Source of the DNA: an uncultured Pseudomonadales bacterium
GTDB lineage: Bacteria > Pseudomonadota > Gammaproteobacteria > Pseudomonadales > Pseudohongiellaceae
DNA: 64,000 nucleotides
Reading direction: 5' to 3'
Assembly: GCA_949372635.1 (NCBI GenBank)
Contig: CASIAB010000010.1
Location: forward strand, 46,072 to 110,071
Shown: positions 40,600-53,081 of the stretch, piece after piece
Position numbering within the stretch: position 1 is the first letter of the stretch
Layout: every line of letters starts with the position of its first letter
Position numbers and translations under genes: made by a program
The notes under the pieces: model-generated
The model's input: the letters and a program-made list of their open reading frames with translations, nothing else
Databases searched by the model: none
What the model was told of the DNA's origin: nothing

Positions 40600-40647
40600 T
40601 TCAATTATCTAACTTAGATTCGATTCAATTATCTAGCTTAGATTCGA
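40600..40647. repeat. perfect tandem duplication, 2 x 24 bp (23/24 identical), upstream of sdhC
   Basis: TTCAATTATCTAACTTAGATTCGA (40600-40623) is followed directly by TTCAATTATCTAGCTTAGATTCGA (40624-40647). Confidence 0.95.
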
Positions 40648-40704
40648 AGTGAATCGTTATTATATTGTAGTACAACTCTCATTGGCCAACGCGACGGGCA
40701 GAAA

Positions 40705-41079
40705 GTGAAAGATAATAGACCAACTAATCTCGACATGACTACCTTCAAGTATCCCTTGCCAGCAGTCACATCTATATTGCACCGATTGTCCGGCATCTTC
40801 ATTTTTGTAGGCGTCGCTTTGATGCTGTATCTGCTGGAGCTTTCACTGCAGTCGGAATCTGGCTTCGCGCAAGTTCTGGAGTTACTGGACAGCGTAATGG
40901 TTAAATTTGTGGCCTGGGCGATCCTATCCGGGCTGCTATATCACTTGATAGCTGGTATTAGGCACTTGACTATGGATTTGGGTTACGGAGAAACGCTGAA
41001 GGGTGGATTGATCGGAGCCTGCATCACTCTTGCCTTGTCTGCTGTGGCGATTATCACAGCTGGAGTATGGATATGGTAA
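40705..41079 (+). CDS. sdhC: succinate dehydrogenase cytochrome b556 subunit
   Basis: 124 aa with a GTG start. Three TM helices, SILHRLSG. First gene of the sdhCDAB order. Confidence 0.9.
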   Translation: MKDNRPTNLDMTTFKYPLPAVTSILHRLSGIFIFVGVALMLYLLELSLQSESGFAQVLELLDSVMVKFVAWAILSGLLYHLIAGIRHLTMDLGYGETLKGGLIGACITLALSAVAIITAGVWIW

Positions 41080-41441
41080 CGAATGTTACAAACTTAGGCC
41101 GATCCGGTCTTTATGATTGGATTGTCCAGCGCTTCAGCGCAATTATCCTAGCAGCCTATTCGCTTTGCATACTGGCTAACTTTGTGATGAATCCAGATAT
41201 GGATTATCAGACATGGAGCTCGATCTTCGAGGGCAATGCAATGCGCTTCTTTAGCCTGGTCACCCTGTTTGCTCTGTGTGCGCATGCCTGGATTGGTATG
41301 TGGACAGTATCAACGGACTACATGACGTCTCTGCAGCTAGGTGAGAGCGCAACTTTTTTAAGAATTATGTTTCAAGCAGGCTGCGTGCTTCTTGTCGCTA
41401 TTTACCTGCTCTGGGGCATTCAGATTTTTTGGGGTAACTAG
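41073..41441 (+). CDS. sdhD: succinate dehydrogenase hydrophobic membrane anchor subunit
   Basis: MVTNVTNLGRSGLYDW... matches the usual SdhD N-terminus (E. coli MVSNASALGRNG). An in-frame ATG two codons upstream (41067) is the track start. It overlaps the sdhC stop. Confidence 0.88.
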   Translation: MVTNVTNLGRSGLYDWIVQRFSAIILAAYSLCILANFVMNPDMDYQTWSSIFEGNAMRFFSLVTLFALCAHAWIGMWTVSTDYMTSLQLGESATFLRIMFQAGCVLLVAIYLLWGIQIFWGN

Positions 41442-43214
41442 ATGACTGGCATGCGTACACTATCTTTTGATGCAGTAATAGTTGGCGGAGGTGGCGCTGG
41501 CATGAGAGCTGCGCTGCAACTCGCTCAGTCAGGTTATAACACGGCTGTTATTACTAAAGTTTTCCCGACCCGGTCGCATACTGTATCGGCGCAGGGCGGC
41601 ATTACTTGTGCAATAGCGAGCTCGGATCCCAATGATGATTGGCGTTGGCACATGTATGACACCGTTAAGGGTAGTGACTACATTGGTGACCAGGATGCGA
41701 TTGAGTACATGTGCAGCGAAGGCCCGCAGAGTGTTTATGAACTAGAGCATATGGGGCTACCGTTTTCACGAACAGAGAACGGGCGAATTTATCAGCGACC
41801 TTTCGGTGGGCAATCCAAAGACTTTGGGAAGGGTGGGCAAGCCGCGCGAACCTGTGCAGCGGCCGACCGAACAGGCCATGCCTTGTTGCACACGCTGTAT
41901 CAGGGGAACTTGAAAAATAATACCTCGTTTTTAAACGAATGGTATGCAACAGACGTGGTTAAGAATCAAGACGGCGCGATTGTGGGTGTCATCGCAATCT
42001 GCATCGAGACAGGTGAAACGGTCTTTATTAAGTCGAAGGCTACTGTATTCGCCACCGGAGGTGCCGGTCGCATCTACGCGTCGACTACCAACGCATTGAT
42101 TAACACTGGCGATGGCCTGGGCATGGCCCTTCGAGCCGGCTTTCCAGTGCAAGACATTGAGATGTGGCAATTTCATCCAACAGGAATATATGGTGCTGGC
42201 ACACTAGTGACTGAAGGCTGCCGCGGCGAGGGCGGCTACCTAATAAACAAAGACGGCGAACGTTTCATGGAACGTTACGCGCCGAATGTGAAGGATTTGG
42301 CGGGGCGTGATGTAGTAGCTCGCTCGATGGTCTTAGAAATCCTCGAGGGACGTGGCTGTGGCGAAAACGGCGATCATGTCATGCTGAAGCTCGATCACTT
42401 GGGAGAAGATGTACTTAACTCTAAGCTGCCCGGCATCCTCGAACTGTCCCGCACATTTGCACATGTCGATCCGGTTAAAGATCCGATTCCAGTAGTGCCC
42501 ACGTGCCACTATATGATGGGCGGCATACCGACGAATGTGAATGGTCAGGCGCTAACTCAAGATGAAAAAGGCGTGGATAAAATAATACCTGGCTTGTTTG
42601 CCGTAGGCGAGGTGGCCTGCGTCTCGGTTCACGGTGCAAATCGTCTAGGTGGAAATAGCTTACTAGATTTGGTGGTATTCGGTCGCGCAGCAGGTAAGCA
42701 CATCGAAGAGATGTTAGGTCAGGGTATGGAACAAAGAGAAGCATCTAAGACGGATATTGAGCAGGCTCAGAACAGGCTGTCTCGACTCAACGAATCTAAT
42801 TCCGGCGAGAGCGTGGCTGTGCTACGTGCCGAACTCCAAGACGTTATGCAGAATCATTTTGGCGTCTTTCGCCGTGGCGACTTCATGCAGGATGGCATTC
42901 AGAAGCTGTCTGCGTTGAGAGAGCGTATAGCGAATGTCCATCTCGTAGATAAGAGCCAAACATTCAATACTGCACGCATAGAGGCACTCGAATTGGAAAA
43001 TCTCTTTGAGGTTGCGGAGGCCACAGCAATTGCGGCGGAAGGCCGTAATGAAAGCCGCGGAGCTCATGCGCGCGATGACTTTAGGGAGCGTGACGATGAA
43101 AATTGGTTATGTCACTCGATGTTCTTCCCTAATGATAAGCGTGTTGGTAAGCGTGAAGTGAATTTTTCACCGAAGACGGTCGACACAATGGAACCTCAAG
43201 TTCGTTCCTATTAG
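41442..43214 (+). CDS. sdhA: succinate dehydrogenase flavoprotein subunit
   Basis: 590 aa. FAD-binding [13 protein letters not shown], covalent-FAD His context [27 protein letters not shown]. Confidence 0.97.
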   Translation: MTGMRTLSFDAVIVGGGGAGMRAALQLAQSGYNTAVITKVFPTRSHTVSAQGGITCAIASSDPNDDWRWHMYDTVKGSDYIGDQDAIEYMCSEGPQSVYELEHMGLPFSRTENGRIYQRPFGGQSKDFGKGGQAARTCAAADRTGHALLHTLYQGNLKNNTSFLNEWYATDVVKNQDGAIVGVIAICIETGETVFIKSKATVFATGGAGRIYASTTNALINTGDGLGMALRAGFPVQDIEMWQFHPTGIYGAGTLVTEGCRGEGGYLINKDGERFMERYAPNVKDLAGRDVVARSMVLEILEGRGCGENGDHVMLKLDHLGEDVLNSKLPGILELSRTFAHVDPVKDPIPVVPTCHYMMGGIPTNVNGQALTQDEKGVDKIIPGLFAVGEVACVSVHGANRLGGNSLLDLVVFGRAAGKHIEEMLGQGMEQREASKTDIEQAQNRLSRLNESNSGESVAVLRAELQDVMQNHFGVFRRGDFMQDGIQKLSALRERIANVHLVDKSQTFNTARIEALELENLFEVAEATAIAAEGRNESRGAHARDDFRERDDENWLCHSMFFPNDKRVGKREVNFSPKTVDTMEPQVRSY

Positions 43215-43326
43215 TGTCATGATCTAGATACATAGTCACGATAGAAAACTGAACATCAACATGAATTCTGCGCGTTTAATGCGCAGTCATAAGCAGCTAA
43301 AAGCTACAATCATTAAAAGGTGACCC

Positions 43327-44034
43327 GTGTTAGTAAGCATATATCGCTACAATCCTGATGCAGATGAAAAGCCATTCATGCAGGACATCCAAGTCCAGTT
43401 ACCCGAAGACAAAGATCTAATGGTGTTAGACGTATTGGCGTTGGCAAAGCAGCAAGATCCAAGTGTTGTCTATCGCCGCTCTTGCAGAGAAGGTGTTTGC
43501 GGCTCTGATGGCATGAACATAAATGGGAATAATGGCTTGGCTTGTATTACCCCGATGTCCTCAGTGGTTAAGCCCGGTGGTAAGTTGGTGCTGCGCCCTT
43601 TACCCGGCCTGCCAGTTATCCGCGATCTCGTCGTAGATATGTCAATTTTTTACAAGCAGTATGAAAAAATTAAGCCTTACTTGATCAACGATACTGCGCC
43701 ACCTGCTATTGAGCGTCTTCAATCTCCCGAAGACAGGGAAAAGCTGGACGGCCTCTATGAGTGCATACTCTGCGCATGTTGTAGTACAAACTGCCCTTCG
43801 TTCTGGTGGAACCCTGATAAGTTTATCGGCCCAGCCGGCTTGCTGCAGGCCTATCGCTTTCTTGCGGATACCAGAGATACCGGGAATGTGGAAAGGTTGG
43901 CTGGCTTGGATGACCCATTTAGTGTGTTCCGATGTCGCGGGGTCATGAATTGTGTTGCAGTTTGCCCGAAGGGCTTGAACCCAACTCGAGCAATCGGTCA
44001 CATACGCTCTATGTTAATTCAACAAGGAACTTAA
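43327..44034 (+). CDS. sdhB: succinate dehydrogenase iron-sulfur subunit
   Basis: 235 aa. GTG start preceded by AAGGTG and an in-frame stop. CREGVCGSDG, CILCACCSTNCP, CVAVCPKGLNP. Confidence 0.95.
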   Translation: MLVSIYRYNPDADEKPFMQDIQVQLPEDKDLMVLDVLALAKQQDPSVVYRRSCREGVCGSDGMNINGNNGLACITPMSSVVKPGGKLVLRPLPGLPVIRDLVVDMSIFYKQYEKIKPYLINDTAPPAIERLQSPEDREKLDGLYECILCACCSTNCPSFWWNPDKFIGPAGLLQAYRFLADTRDTGNVERLAGLDDPFSVFRCRGVMNCVAVCPKGLNPTRAIGHIRSMLIQQGT

Positions 44035-44115
44035 TTGATCCGCACTATGTGTCGTGACCTCTAGCAGCCTTGAGTCTAACATCGCTCATTTTTAGCGACG
44101 TTAAAAGGAAATAGT

Positions 44116-46947
44116 ATGCAAGATAGCTTGCTTGAAAAAATGCGCAGCACCGGCCACCTGGCCGGATCGAATGCAGCGTATGTCGAAGACTTATATGAAA
44201 GCTTCTTAGCCGACGCGGAGTCAGTCCCCGACGAATGGAAAAATTTCTTTCAGTCACTGGCGGCGGCCAATGATGACGCAGGCCCCGATGTTTCTCATGC
44301 AGCTATCGAAAGTGATTTTAAGGCGCTAGGAAAGACTAGTCGTTTTGCACCAGTTCTCAGCAACGACGCAGTCGTGCATTCCGAACACGAAAGCAAGCAA
44401 GTTCAAGTCTTGCAGTTGATAAGCTCCTATCGTGTCCGTGGTCACCAGAAGGCAGACCTCGATCCGCTCTCTTTGATGTACCGCGAAAATGTTCAAGACT
44501 TAGAGCTCGAATTCCACAACCTGTCTAAGTTAGACGGCTCGACCGTTTTTCAAACGGGCTCTCTTTACATCAGTAAAGACCGAGCACCGCTAAGAGAAAT
44601 TGTAGATTCTCTAAAGCGTATTTACTGTGCCTCGATTGGCTATGAATTCATGCACATTGTGAATCTCGAAGAGAAGCGATGGATAGAGCAGCGCATCGAA
44701 AGTAATGATGGCTATCCAATATTCGAGAGCGACGTTAAGCGCCATTTGTTGGAAAGGCTGTCCGCTGCCGAAGGTTTAGAAAAACATCTAGATTCTAAAT
44801 ACCCAGGAACTAAGCGTTTTGGATTGGAAGGTGGCGAAAGCCTTATTCCTGCTCTAGACGAGCTAGTGCAGCGCGCGGGAAAATTCGGCGTGAAAGAGAT
44901 CGTGCTTGGCATGGCGCACCGAGGCCGTCTTAACGTGCTCGTTAACCTATTGGGCAAGAACCCCGCCGATCTATTCGATGAGTTCGAAGGGAAAGCAGTT
45001 TATAAAAGTTCCGGCGATGTAAAATACCATCAGGGATTCTCTTCGAGCATCATGACCGTGGGCGGTGAAGTCCACATAGCCATGGCATTCAATCCATCGC
45101 ATCTGGAAATTGTCGCGCCAGTTGTTGAAGGCTCGGTGCGAGCTAGGCAGTTTCGACGCAAGGATGAAGAAGGCCATTTGGTGCTACCGATTATCATTCA
45201 TGGCGACGCTGCATTTGCAGGGCAGGGTGTTGTTATGGAGACATTCCAGATGTCTCAGACACGCGCCTACAAAACTGGTGGAACCGTGCACATAATCATC
45301 AACAACCAGGTGGGCTTTACAACGAGCCGCCAAGATGATGCGCGCTCTACTGAATACTGTACTGACGTAGCGCGAATGATTCAGGCGCCAATCTTTCATG
45401 TCAATGCCGACGATCCTGAGGCTGTTTTGTTCGTGACACAGCTGGCGCTAGATTTTCGTTACAAGTTTCAGAAAGACGTTGTGATTGATCTAATCTGCTA
45501 CCGCCGTCGAGGTCACAATGAAACCGATGAGCCTTCGTCCACTCAGCCACTTATGTATGCGGCTATCAAGCAACATAAGTCGACACGTATTTTATACGCA
45601 GAGCGTCTTGCCAAGGAAAATGTAGTATCTATGGAAGAGGCCGATTCCATAAACAGGAGCTATCGTAAGGCTTTGGATACCGGTGAGCACGTAGCAAAGA
45701 GTTTAGTTAAAGAGCCATCTATAGAATTATTTGTAGACTGGGGTCCGTATATAGGCCACGAATGGGGGGCGTTTTTTAATACTTCGATGCCACTAAAGAA
45801 TTTGCAGGCTATCGCCAAGAAGCTCGCCGAGATACCAAAGAACTTTATACTGCAGCGTCAGGTTAAGCGCGTAATGGATGATCGCGCGAAGATGGCAACC
45901 GGCGACACTCCAGTAGACTGGGGTTTTGCAGAATCCCTAGCATATGCAAGCATTCTAACGAGTGGCAACAAGATTCGTATCACTGGGCAAGATGTGGGTC
46001 GTGGCACTTTTTCACATCGTCATGCTGTTTTATTCGATCAGAAGACAGGTGGCACACATATACCGCTACAGAGCCTTGTTGAAGAAAAAAACGGATTTCA
46101 AATCTACGATTCACTACTTTCAGAAGTCGCCGTGCTTGCGTTTGAGTATGGTTATTCCACCACTATGCCCAGCGCATTGGTGGTTTGGGAAGCTCAATTT
46201 GGTGACTTCGCGAACTCAGCACAAGTGGTCATTGATCAATTTATTACGAGTGGCGAAAATAAGTGGCAGCGACTCTGCGGATTAACACTGTTGCTCCCAC
46301 ACGGTTATGAGGGGCAGGGACCTGAACATTCATCTGCGCGACTAGAGCGCTTCCTCCAGCTCTGTGCAGAACACAACATTCAGGTTTGTTTGCCGACGAC
46401 ATCAGCGCAAGTTTTTCACATGCTAAGAAAGCAAGTGCTGTGCCCCTTGCGCAAGCCCCTTATTGTTATGTCTCCAAAGAGCTTGCTGCGTCACAAAGAA
46501 ACCGTTTCTACATTGCAAGAGATGGCAGAGGGGAGTTTTCAGGTTGTACTCGATGAAACAGACGACTTCGATGCAGAGAAAGTGCGCAGGCTCGTCGTCT
46601 GCAGTGGTAAGGTCTACTACGACTTACGCGCGGCAAGGCGAGAAAGGGGAATAGATAACATAGCTATCGTCCGACTTGAGCAGCTATACCCGTTTCCTCA
46701 AGAAGATTTTTCTAAGTGTCTGCTTCAATATAAAAATCTAACATCTGTGGCTTGGTGTCAAGAAGAGCCAATGAATCAAGGCGCTTGGTACTCGAGTCAG
46801 CACCATTTGAGGCGCCCAATTCAAGAGCATTTTCCTTCAATTTATCTCGAGTATGTAGGTAGGGAAGCATCAGCCGCAGCCGCAGCGGGTTATCCTGCAC
46901 TGCATTTAAGTCAGCTAAATGAGTTTATCGATCAAGCATTAGGCTAG
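44116..46947 (+). CDS. sucA: 2-oxoglutarate dehydrogenase E1 component
   Basis: 943 aa, full-length E1o (GMAHRGRLNVL, HGDAAFAGQGVV, GHNE.DEP). Confidence 0.97.
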   Translation: MQDSLLEKMRSTGHLAGSNAAYVEDLYESFLADAESVPDEWKNFFQSLAAANDDAGPDVSHAAIESDFKALGKTSRFAPVLSNDAVVHSEHESKQVQVLQLISSYRVRGHQKADLDPLSLMYRENVQDLELEFHNLSKLDGSTVFQTGSLYISKDRAPLREIVDSLKRIYCASIGYEFMHIVNLEEKRWIEQRIESNDGYPIFESDVKRHLLERLSAAEGLEKHLDSKYPGTKRFGLEGGESLIPALDELVQRAGKFGVKEIVLGMAHRGRLNVLVNLLGKNPADLFDEFEGKAVYKSSGDVKYHQGFSSSIMTVGGEVHIAMAFNPSHLEIVAPVVEGSVRARQFRRKDEEGHLVLPIIIHGDAAFAGQGVVMETFQMSQTRAYKTGGTVHIIINNQVGFTTSRQDDARSTEYCTDVARMIQAPIFHVNADDPEAVLFVTQLALDFRYKFQKDVVIDLICYRRRGHNETDEPSSTQPLMYAAIKQHKSTRILYAERLAKENVVSMEEADSINRSYRKALDTGEHVAKSLVKEPSIELFVDWGPYIGHEWGAFFNTSMPLKNLQAIAKKLAEIPKNFILQRQVKRVMDDRAKMATGDTPVDWGFAESLAYASILTSGNKIRITGQDVGRGTFSHRHAVLFDQKTGGTHIPLQSLVEEKNGFQIYDSLLSEVAVLAFEYGYSTTMPSALVVWEAQFGDFANSAQVVIDQFITSGENKWQRLCGLTLLLPHGYEGQGPEHSSARLERFLQLCAEHNIQVCLPTTSAQVFHMLRKQVLCPLRKPLIVMSPKSLLRHKETVSTLQEMAEGSFQVVLDETDDFDAEKVRRLVVCSGKVYYDLRAARRERGIDNIAIVRLEQLYPFPQEDFSKCLLQYKNLTSVAWCQEEPMNQGAWYSSQHHLRRPIQEHFPSIYLEYVGREASAAAAAGYPALHLSQLNEFIDQALG

Positions 46948-46986
46948 CGTGTCACAAATAATAGAAAGTGTTAGCAAGGAATAATT

Positions 46987-48204
46987 ATGACTATTGAAAT
47001 TAAGGCCCCCACATTGCCCGAATCGGTGCCCGACGGAACGATCGCTAATTGGTATAAGGGTGCAGGTGATACTGTTGCCCGAGATGAGCTACTCGTGGAT
47101 ATCGAGACAGACAAGGTTGTCATCGAAGTTGTTTCGCCAACCGATGGCACTCTGAAAGAAATTTTAATGGAGGCTGGCACAACCATTGTTAGCAATCAGG
47201 CGATCGGAACTGTATTGGCAAGTGATGCTAAGCCGGCGCCAGTTACAGAGAAAGCAGAGCCTGTAGCCGAGACTAAGCCTGCCTCGAATGAAGCTGAAAC
47301 GATGATTAGTCCTGCGGCAAAGAAGCTGATAGAAGAGAACAATCTAGATGTGGCTTTGATCGCAGGCAGCGGTAAGGACGGGAGAATTACTAAAGAAGAC
47401 ATTCTTAACAAATTGGAGCCTGGCCCAGTACCAAAGTCTGCATCGAGCATAGTGTCTGCTCCAGCGCCGGCATCAGCGAATGTAGGCGTATCTGAAGAAG
47501 GGCGGATTGAAGAGCGCGTTCCTATGAGTCGGCTTCGCTCGAAGGTAGCGGAGCGATTGCTCCATGCGAGCCAGTCCACAGCTATGTTAACAACGTTTAA
47601 CGAAGTTAATATGAAGCCTGTTATGGATATTCGCAATCGGTACAAGGATGAATTTGAAAAGGCACATGATGGCACTCGCCTCGGATTTATGTCGTTCTTT
47701 GTTCGCGCCTGTACTGAAGCATTGAAACGCTATCCAGCTGTAAACGCATCTCTGGATGGAAATGATGTTATCTACCACGGCTATCAAGATATCGGCGTCG
47801 CTGTTTCATCGCCGCGTGGCCTAGTAGTGCCTGTCTTGCGAAACGTTGATTCTATGGGCCTGGCCCAGGTAGAAAAGGAAATTAGGCAGTTTGGGTTAAA
47901 AGCCAGAGATGGGAAGCTTGCCATTGAAGATATGCTGGGAGGCACCTTTACTATCTCAAACGGTGGTGTATTTGGTTCGCTGTTGTCAACTCCAATATTG
48001 AATCCTCCCCAGACTGCTATTTTGGGGATGCACAAGATTCAAGAACGCGCAATGGCCGTCTCCGGCGCTGTGGTTGTTCTTCCAATGATGTACCTAGCGC
48101 TCTCTTACGATCACCGAATGATCGATGGTAAAGAAGCTGTTCAGTTTCTAGTTACGGTCAAAGATTTGCTAGAGGATCCGACGCGACTTCTGCTCGAAAT
48201 TTAA
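46987..48204 (+). CDS. sucB: dihydrolipoyllysine-residue succinyltransferase (E2o)
   Basis: 405 aa. Single lipoyl domain (VDIETDKVV), PSBD, catalytic domain with [10 protein letters not shown]. Confidence 0.97.
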   Translation: MTIEIKAPTLPESVPDGTIANWYKGAGDTVARDELLVDIETDKVVIEVVSPTDGTLKEILMEAGTTIVSNQAIGTVLASDAKPAPVTEKAEPVAETKPASNEAETMISPAAKKLIEENNLDVALIAGSGKDGRITKEDILNKLEPGPVPKSASSIVSAPAPASANVGVSEEGRIEERVPMSRLRSKVAERLLHASQSTAMLTTFNEVNMKPVMDIRNRYKDEFEKAHDGTRLGFMSFFVRACTEALKRYPAVNASLDGNDVIYHGYQDIGVAVSSPRGLVVPVLRNVDSMGLAQVEKEIRQFGLKARDGKLAIEDMLGGTFTISNGGVFGSLLSTPILNPPQTAILGMHKIQERAMAVSGAVVVLPMMYLALSYDHRMIDGKEAVQFLVTVKDLLEDPTRLLLEI

Positions 48205-48272
48205 CAAAGGCGCGCGGAAGTAGCACTATCTTGTGGCAGTGTGCAATGTTTCGATAATGAATACGGAATTGA

Positions 48273-49733
<1,461 letters not shown>

Positions 49734-49781
49734 TTTCGACACGCAACATAAAAATCAGCTAGATAAATGGATGAAATATAA

Positions 49782-50951
49782 ATGAATTTACATGAATATC
49801 AGGCGAAGCAGCTCTTTGGCGAATACGGACTCCCCGTATCCGAAGGCATTGCTGTAGACACTGCAAGCGGCGCCGCTGTAGCTACTGAGACAATTGGTGG
49901 ACGCAAATGGGTTGTTAAAGCGCAGGTACACGCAGGTGGTAGAGGCAAGGCTGGAGGCGTGAAGTTGGTCGACAGCGCAGAAGAAGCCGAAGCATTTGCT
50001 GAACAATGGTTAGGCAAGAACATGGTCACCTATCAGACCGATGCCGGTGGCCAGCCTGTTAGTAAGATTCTTGTGGAAACTTGCACCGATATTGCCCAGG
50101 AGCTATACCTGGGAGCAGTCGTCGATCGATCTTCGCGCCGTGTAGTATTTATGGCCTCTGTTGAGGGTGGCGTCGAGATCGAGAAGGTGGCTGCAGAGAC
50201 GCCTGAGAAGATATTAAGAGCGACAATCGATCCTTTGACTGGCGCGCAGCCATATCAGGGCAGAGATCTGGCATTCCGTTTAGGCCTAAAAGGTCAGCAG
50301 ATCAAGCAATTCACGAAGCTATTTCTTGGTTTGTCTAAGCTGTTCCATGACATGGATTTAGCGCTACTAGAGATTAATCCTTTGGTCATTACGGATGAAG
50401 GCAATCTGCATTGTCTTGATGGCAAGATCAACATCGATGGCAACTCCATGTATCGTCAGCCAAAGCTGCGTGAAATGCACGACCCGAGCCAAGACGACGA
50501 GCGCGAGGCACAGGCTGCTGAGTGGGAGCTCAACTATGTTGCTCTAGATGGCAATATAGGCTGCATGGTAAATGGTGCGGGCTTAGCGATGGGTACGATG
50601 GACATAGTCCAGCTGCATGGGGGAAGTCCAGCTAACTTTCTAGATGTTGGCGGTGGCGCAACGAAAGAACGTGTTACTGAGGCGTTCAAAATTATTCTTT
50701 CCGACGAGAATGTCGCTGCTGTACTGGTTAATATTTTTGGTGGTATCGTGCGCTGTGACCTGATCGCCGAAGGCGTAATCGGCGCAGTTAATGAAGTAGG
50801 AGTGGAAGTTCCTGTGGTAGTCCGTCTAGAGGGAAATAATGCCGAGCTGGGTAGAGAAGTCCTAAAGACAAGTGGGCTGAATATTATCGCCGCGACTAGC
50901 CTTTCCGACGCAGCTGAAAAAGTTGTCGCTGCAGCCGGGGGTGCACAATGA
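49782..50951 (+). CDS. sucC: succinate--CoA ligase (ADP-forming) beta subunit
   Basis: 389 aa. [15 protein letters not shown]-grasp domain, GGIVRCD. Confidence 0.97.
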   Translation: MNLHEYQAKQLFGEYGLPVSEGIAVDTASGAAVATETIGGRKWVVKAQVHAGGRGKAGGVKLVDSAEEAEAFAEQWLGKNMVTYQTDAGGQPVSKILVETCTDIAQELYLGAVVDRSSRRVVFMASVEGGVEIEKVAAETPEKILRATIDPLTGAQPYQGRDLAFRLGLKGQQIKQFTKLFLGLSKLFHDMDLALLEINPLVITDEGNLHCLDGKINIDGNSMYRQPKLREMHDPSQDDEREAQAAEWELNYVALDGNIGCMVNGAGLAMGTMDIVQLHGGSPANFLDVGGGATKERVTEAFKIILSDENVAAVLVNIFGGIVRCDLIAEGVIGAVNEVGVEVPVVVRLEGNNAELGREVLKTSGLNIIAATSLSDAAEKVVAAAGGAQ

Positions 50952-51820
50952 GCATTTTAGTAGACAAGGACACTAAAGTTATCTGTCAGGGCTTTACCGG
51001 ATCGCAGGGTACATTTCATTCCGAGCAAGCCATCGAGTATGGCACGAGGATGGTTGGTGGAGTAACACCAGGAAAGGGCGGTCAAATCCATCTCTGCATA
51101 CCCGTGTTTAATACGGTGCTCGAAGCGTTTGAAGAAACTGGAGCCGACGCCTCAGTAATCTACGTTCCCGCCGCATTCTGTAAGGACTCAATTCTCGAAG
51201 CAGCAAATTCCGGAATTAAATTAATCGTTTGTATCACAGAAGGCATTCCAACGTTAGATATGTTGGTAGCGAAAGAAAGTTGTGATCAGCTAGGCGTTCG
51301 ACTAATAGGCCCTAACTGTCCGGGCATCATTACCCCGGGTGAATGTAAAATAGGGATCATGCCTGGGCACATTCATGTCCCCGGCAAAGTCGGTATTGTT
51401 TCCCGATCCGGCACGCTCACATATGAGGCTGTCAAGCAGACTACCGACCATGGTTTCGGACAATCTTCCTGTGTTGGTATAGGCGGCGATCCAATTCCAG
51501 GGTCTAATTTTATTGATGTGCTTTCTCTGTTTGAAGCAGATCCTCAGACTGAAGCTATTGTAATGATCGGAGAAATCGGCGGCACTGCAGAAGAAGAAGC
51601 TGCCGCGTATATTAAAGCTAATGTGAGTAAGCCTATTGTGGCCTACATCGCTGGCGTAACTGCCCCCGCTGGCAAAAGAATGGGCCATGCTGGCGCAATT
51701 ATTTCCGGCGGCAAGGGCACGGCGGACGAGAAATTTGCAGCTCTCCAAGATGCCGGCGTAAAGACAGTTCGCTCCCTCGCTGAAATAGGCAATGGTCTCT
51801 CCGAAATAACTGGCTGGTAG
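50948..51820 (+). CDS. sucD: succinate--CoA ligase alpha subunit
   Basis: 290 aa. [10 protein letters not shown], phospho-His loop [14 protein letters not shown]. The start overlaps the sucC stop (ATGA). Confidence 0.97.
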   Translation: MSILVDKDTKVICQGFTGSQGTFHSEQAIEYGTRMVGGVTPGKGGQIHLCIPVFNTVLEAFEETGADASVIYVPAAFCKDSILEAANSGIKLIVCITEGIPTLDMLVAKESCDQLGVRLIGPNCPGIITPGECKIGIMPGHIHVPGKVGIVSRSGTLTYEAVKQTTDHGFGQSSCVGIGGDPIPGSNFIDVLSLFEADPQTEAIVMIGEIGGTAEEEAAAYIKANVSKPIVAYIAGVTAPAGKRMGHAGAIISGGKGTADEKFAALQDAGVKTVRSLAEIGNGLSEITGW

Positions 51821-52277
51821 TTTTCTAGTCAGTTGTTCACTGCATTTTTTCTCCTCCTCATTTTTTCTAAGTCGCACTCTCACCGCACTGAAATTTTCTA
51901 GTCTAAAAGGTTCTAAAAACGCGATGTAGGTGATAGTCTTACCCGGAATTCGTGCATAAAATGCTGAATTAAATGGACTATTTAGCTGCTATATTTTTTG
52001 CTAATAGTTAAGTCAATTGATTGGTTACGAAGCACCTCAAACTCTTTGGGTTTGGGTAGATTGGTAACTGTTGGTAGGCTTTATTCATAAAAGCTGTCAG
52101 CCACGAGAGGTTTAGAAAAAGTATAAAATTCTTGGACAGTTACGTTAGGTGTTAGTTAGCTGGCACTAGGGGAAAAAATAGTTTGTCGTGTCTGAACTGG
52201 TTATTGCTGAAATTTTGACCAGAAGCAAAGGCTTAGTAGTTCAGAAGTTATTACTTAACAAGAAAATAGGATGGCAC

Positions 52278-53081
52278 ATGAAAAACCGTCGAATTAAAAA
52301 TATGAGTATGACCGCTCTAGCATTACTCATGTCTTGCATTATGGCTTCGGCTCAGGCTGCGGAAATTCTCGTAGATAGCAGTATCCTTGATCAGGCTATG
52401 GACGTTATAGGGGCTAAGAACACAGAAGCCGCTGCAGTACAGGAAGAAATTAATCGCTTAGCGAATTCAACAAGCTCCACGTTCGAGGACTTTAAACGAC
52501 AGAACGACGCATTGGAGGCACTACTTGTGCTGAATGCTGGTTTCCGCAAGTCAGTCTCTATCCAGGAAGAGAATATCGCTACTCTGGATGAGTCTATCGC
52601 AAGCGTTCAATCGGTCACTCGCGAGATACCATTGCTGATGGAGAAGATGCTTTCCAGCATCGAACAATTTGTCGAACTGGACTATCCCTTTCAAGTCGAC
52701 GAGCGTGCTAGTCGACTTCAATTTGCCAGAGATGCCATCGACAATCCGGATGTATCCATCGCGGAGAAGTTTCGTCAGGTCTTGGTGATTTATCAAACAG
52801 AGGCGACCTACGGTCGCACCAATGCTACATATCCGGATACCATTGTGATTGATGGCGCTGAGCGTGACGTGAGCATTGTTAGAATCGGACGTGTCGCGCT
52901 AATGTATCAATCCACTGACCGTCAGGTTACTGGAGCATGGGACAACAATACCCGACAGTGGGTTGAACTCCCAGCAGGCGAATACAGAACAGCAGTACAA
53001 ACTGCTATACGCGTCGCATCAAACTTGGATGCACCGAAAATCATTGAACTGCCTGTATTGGCTCCGGAGGTAGCACAATGA
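52278..53081 (+). CDS. DUF3450-family periplasmic protein (TtpB-like first gene of a TonB2-type cluster)
   Basis: In-frame ATG at 52278 gives the signal peptide MKNRRIKNMSMTALALLMSCIMASAQA. The protein is coiled-coil-rich. It overlaps the next gene by 4 nt. Confidence 0.7.
   Translation: MKNRRIKNMSMTALALLMSCIMASAQAAEILVDSSILDQAMDVIGAKNTEAAAVQEEINRLANSTSSTFEDFKRQNDALEALLVLNAGFRKSVSIQEENIATLDESIASVQSVTREIPLLMEKMLSSIEQFVELDYPFQVDERASRLQFARDAIDNPDVSIAEKFRQVLVIYQTEATYGRTNATYPDTIVIDGAERDVSIVRIGRVALMYQSTDRQVTGAWDNNTRQWVELPAGEYRTAVQTAIRVASNLDAPKIIELPVLAPEVAQ

Noticed and set aside
43215-43326. Unusually long (112 nt) sdhA-sdhB spacer containing a 6-bp hairpin (CTGCGC-GTTTAAT-GCGCAG, 43268-43286) and a 20-codon basic ORF (MNSARLMRSHKQLKATIIKR, 43261-43323).
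   Set aside because: The hairpin is short with no T-run. The mini-ORF has no RBS and I know of no precedent. sdhB has its own good AAGGTG RBS. This is most likely just a spacer or a small inserted element.
51302-51883. Long antisense or overlapping ORFs in the track, for example 51302..51883 (193 aa, opposite sucD), 47196..47675 (opposite sucB), 48888..49373 (opposite lpdA), 25228..25617 (opposite rnd) and 43642..44001 (opposite sdhB).
   Set aside because: Each lies wholly inside a strongly conserved gene on the other strand or in another frame. They have low-complexity or Ser/Arg/Leu-rich composition typical of antisense frames and show no recognisable motifs. I treat them as non-coding.
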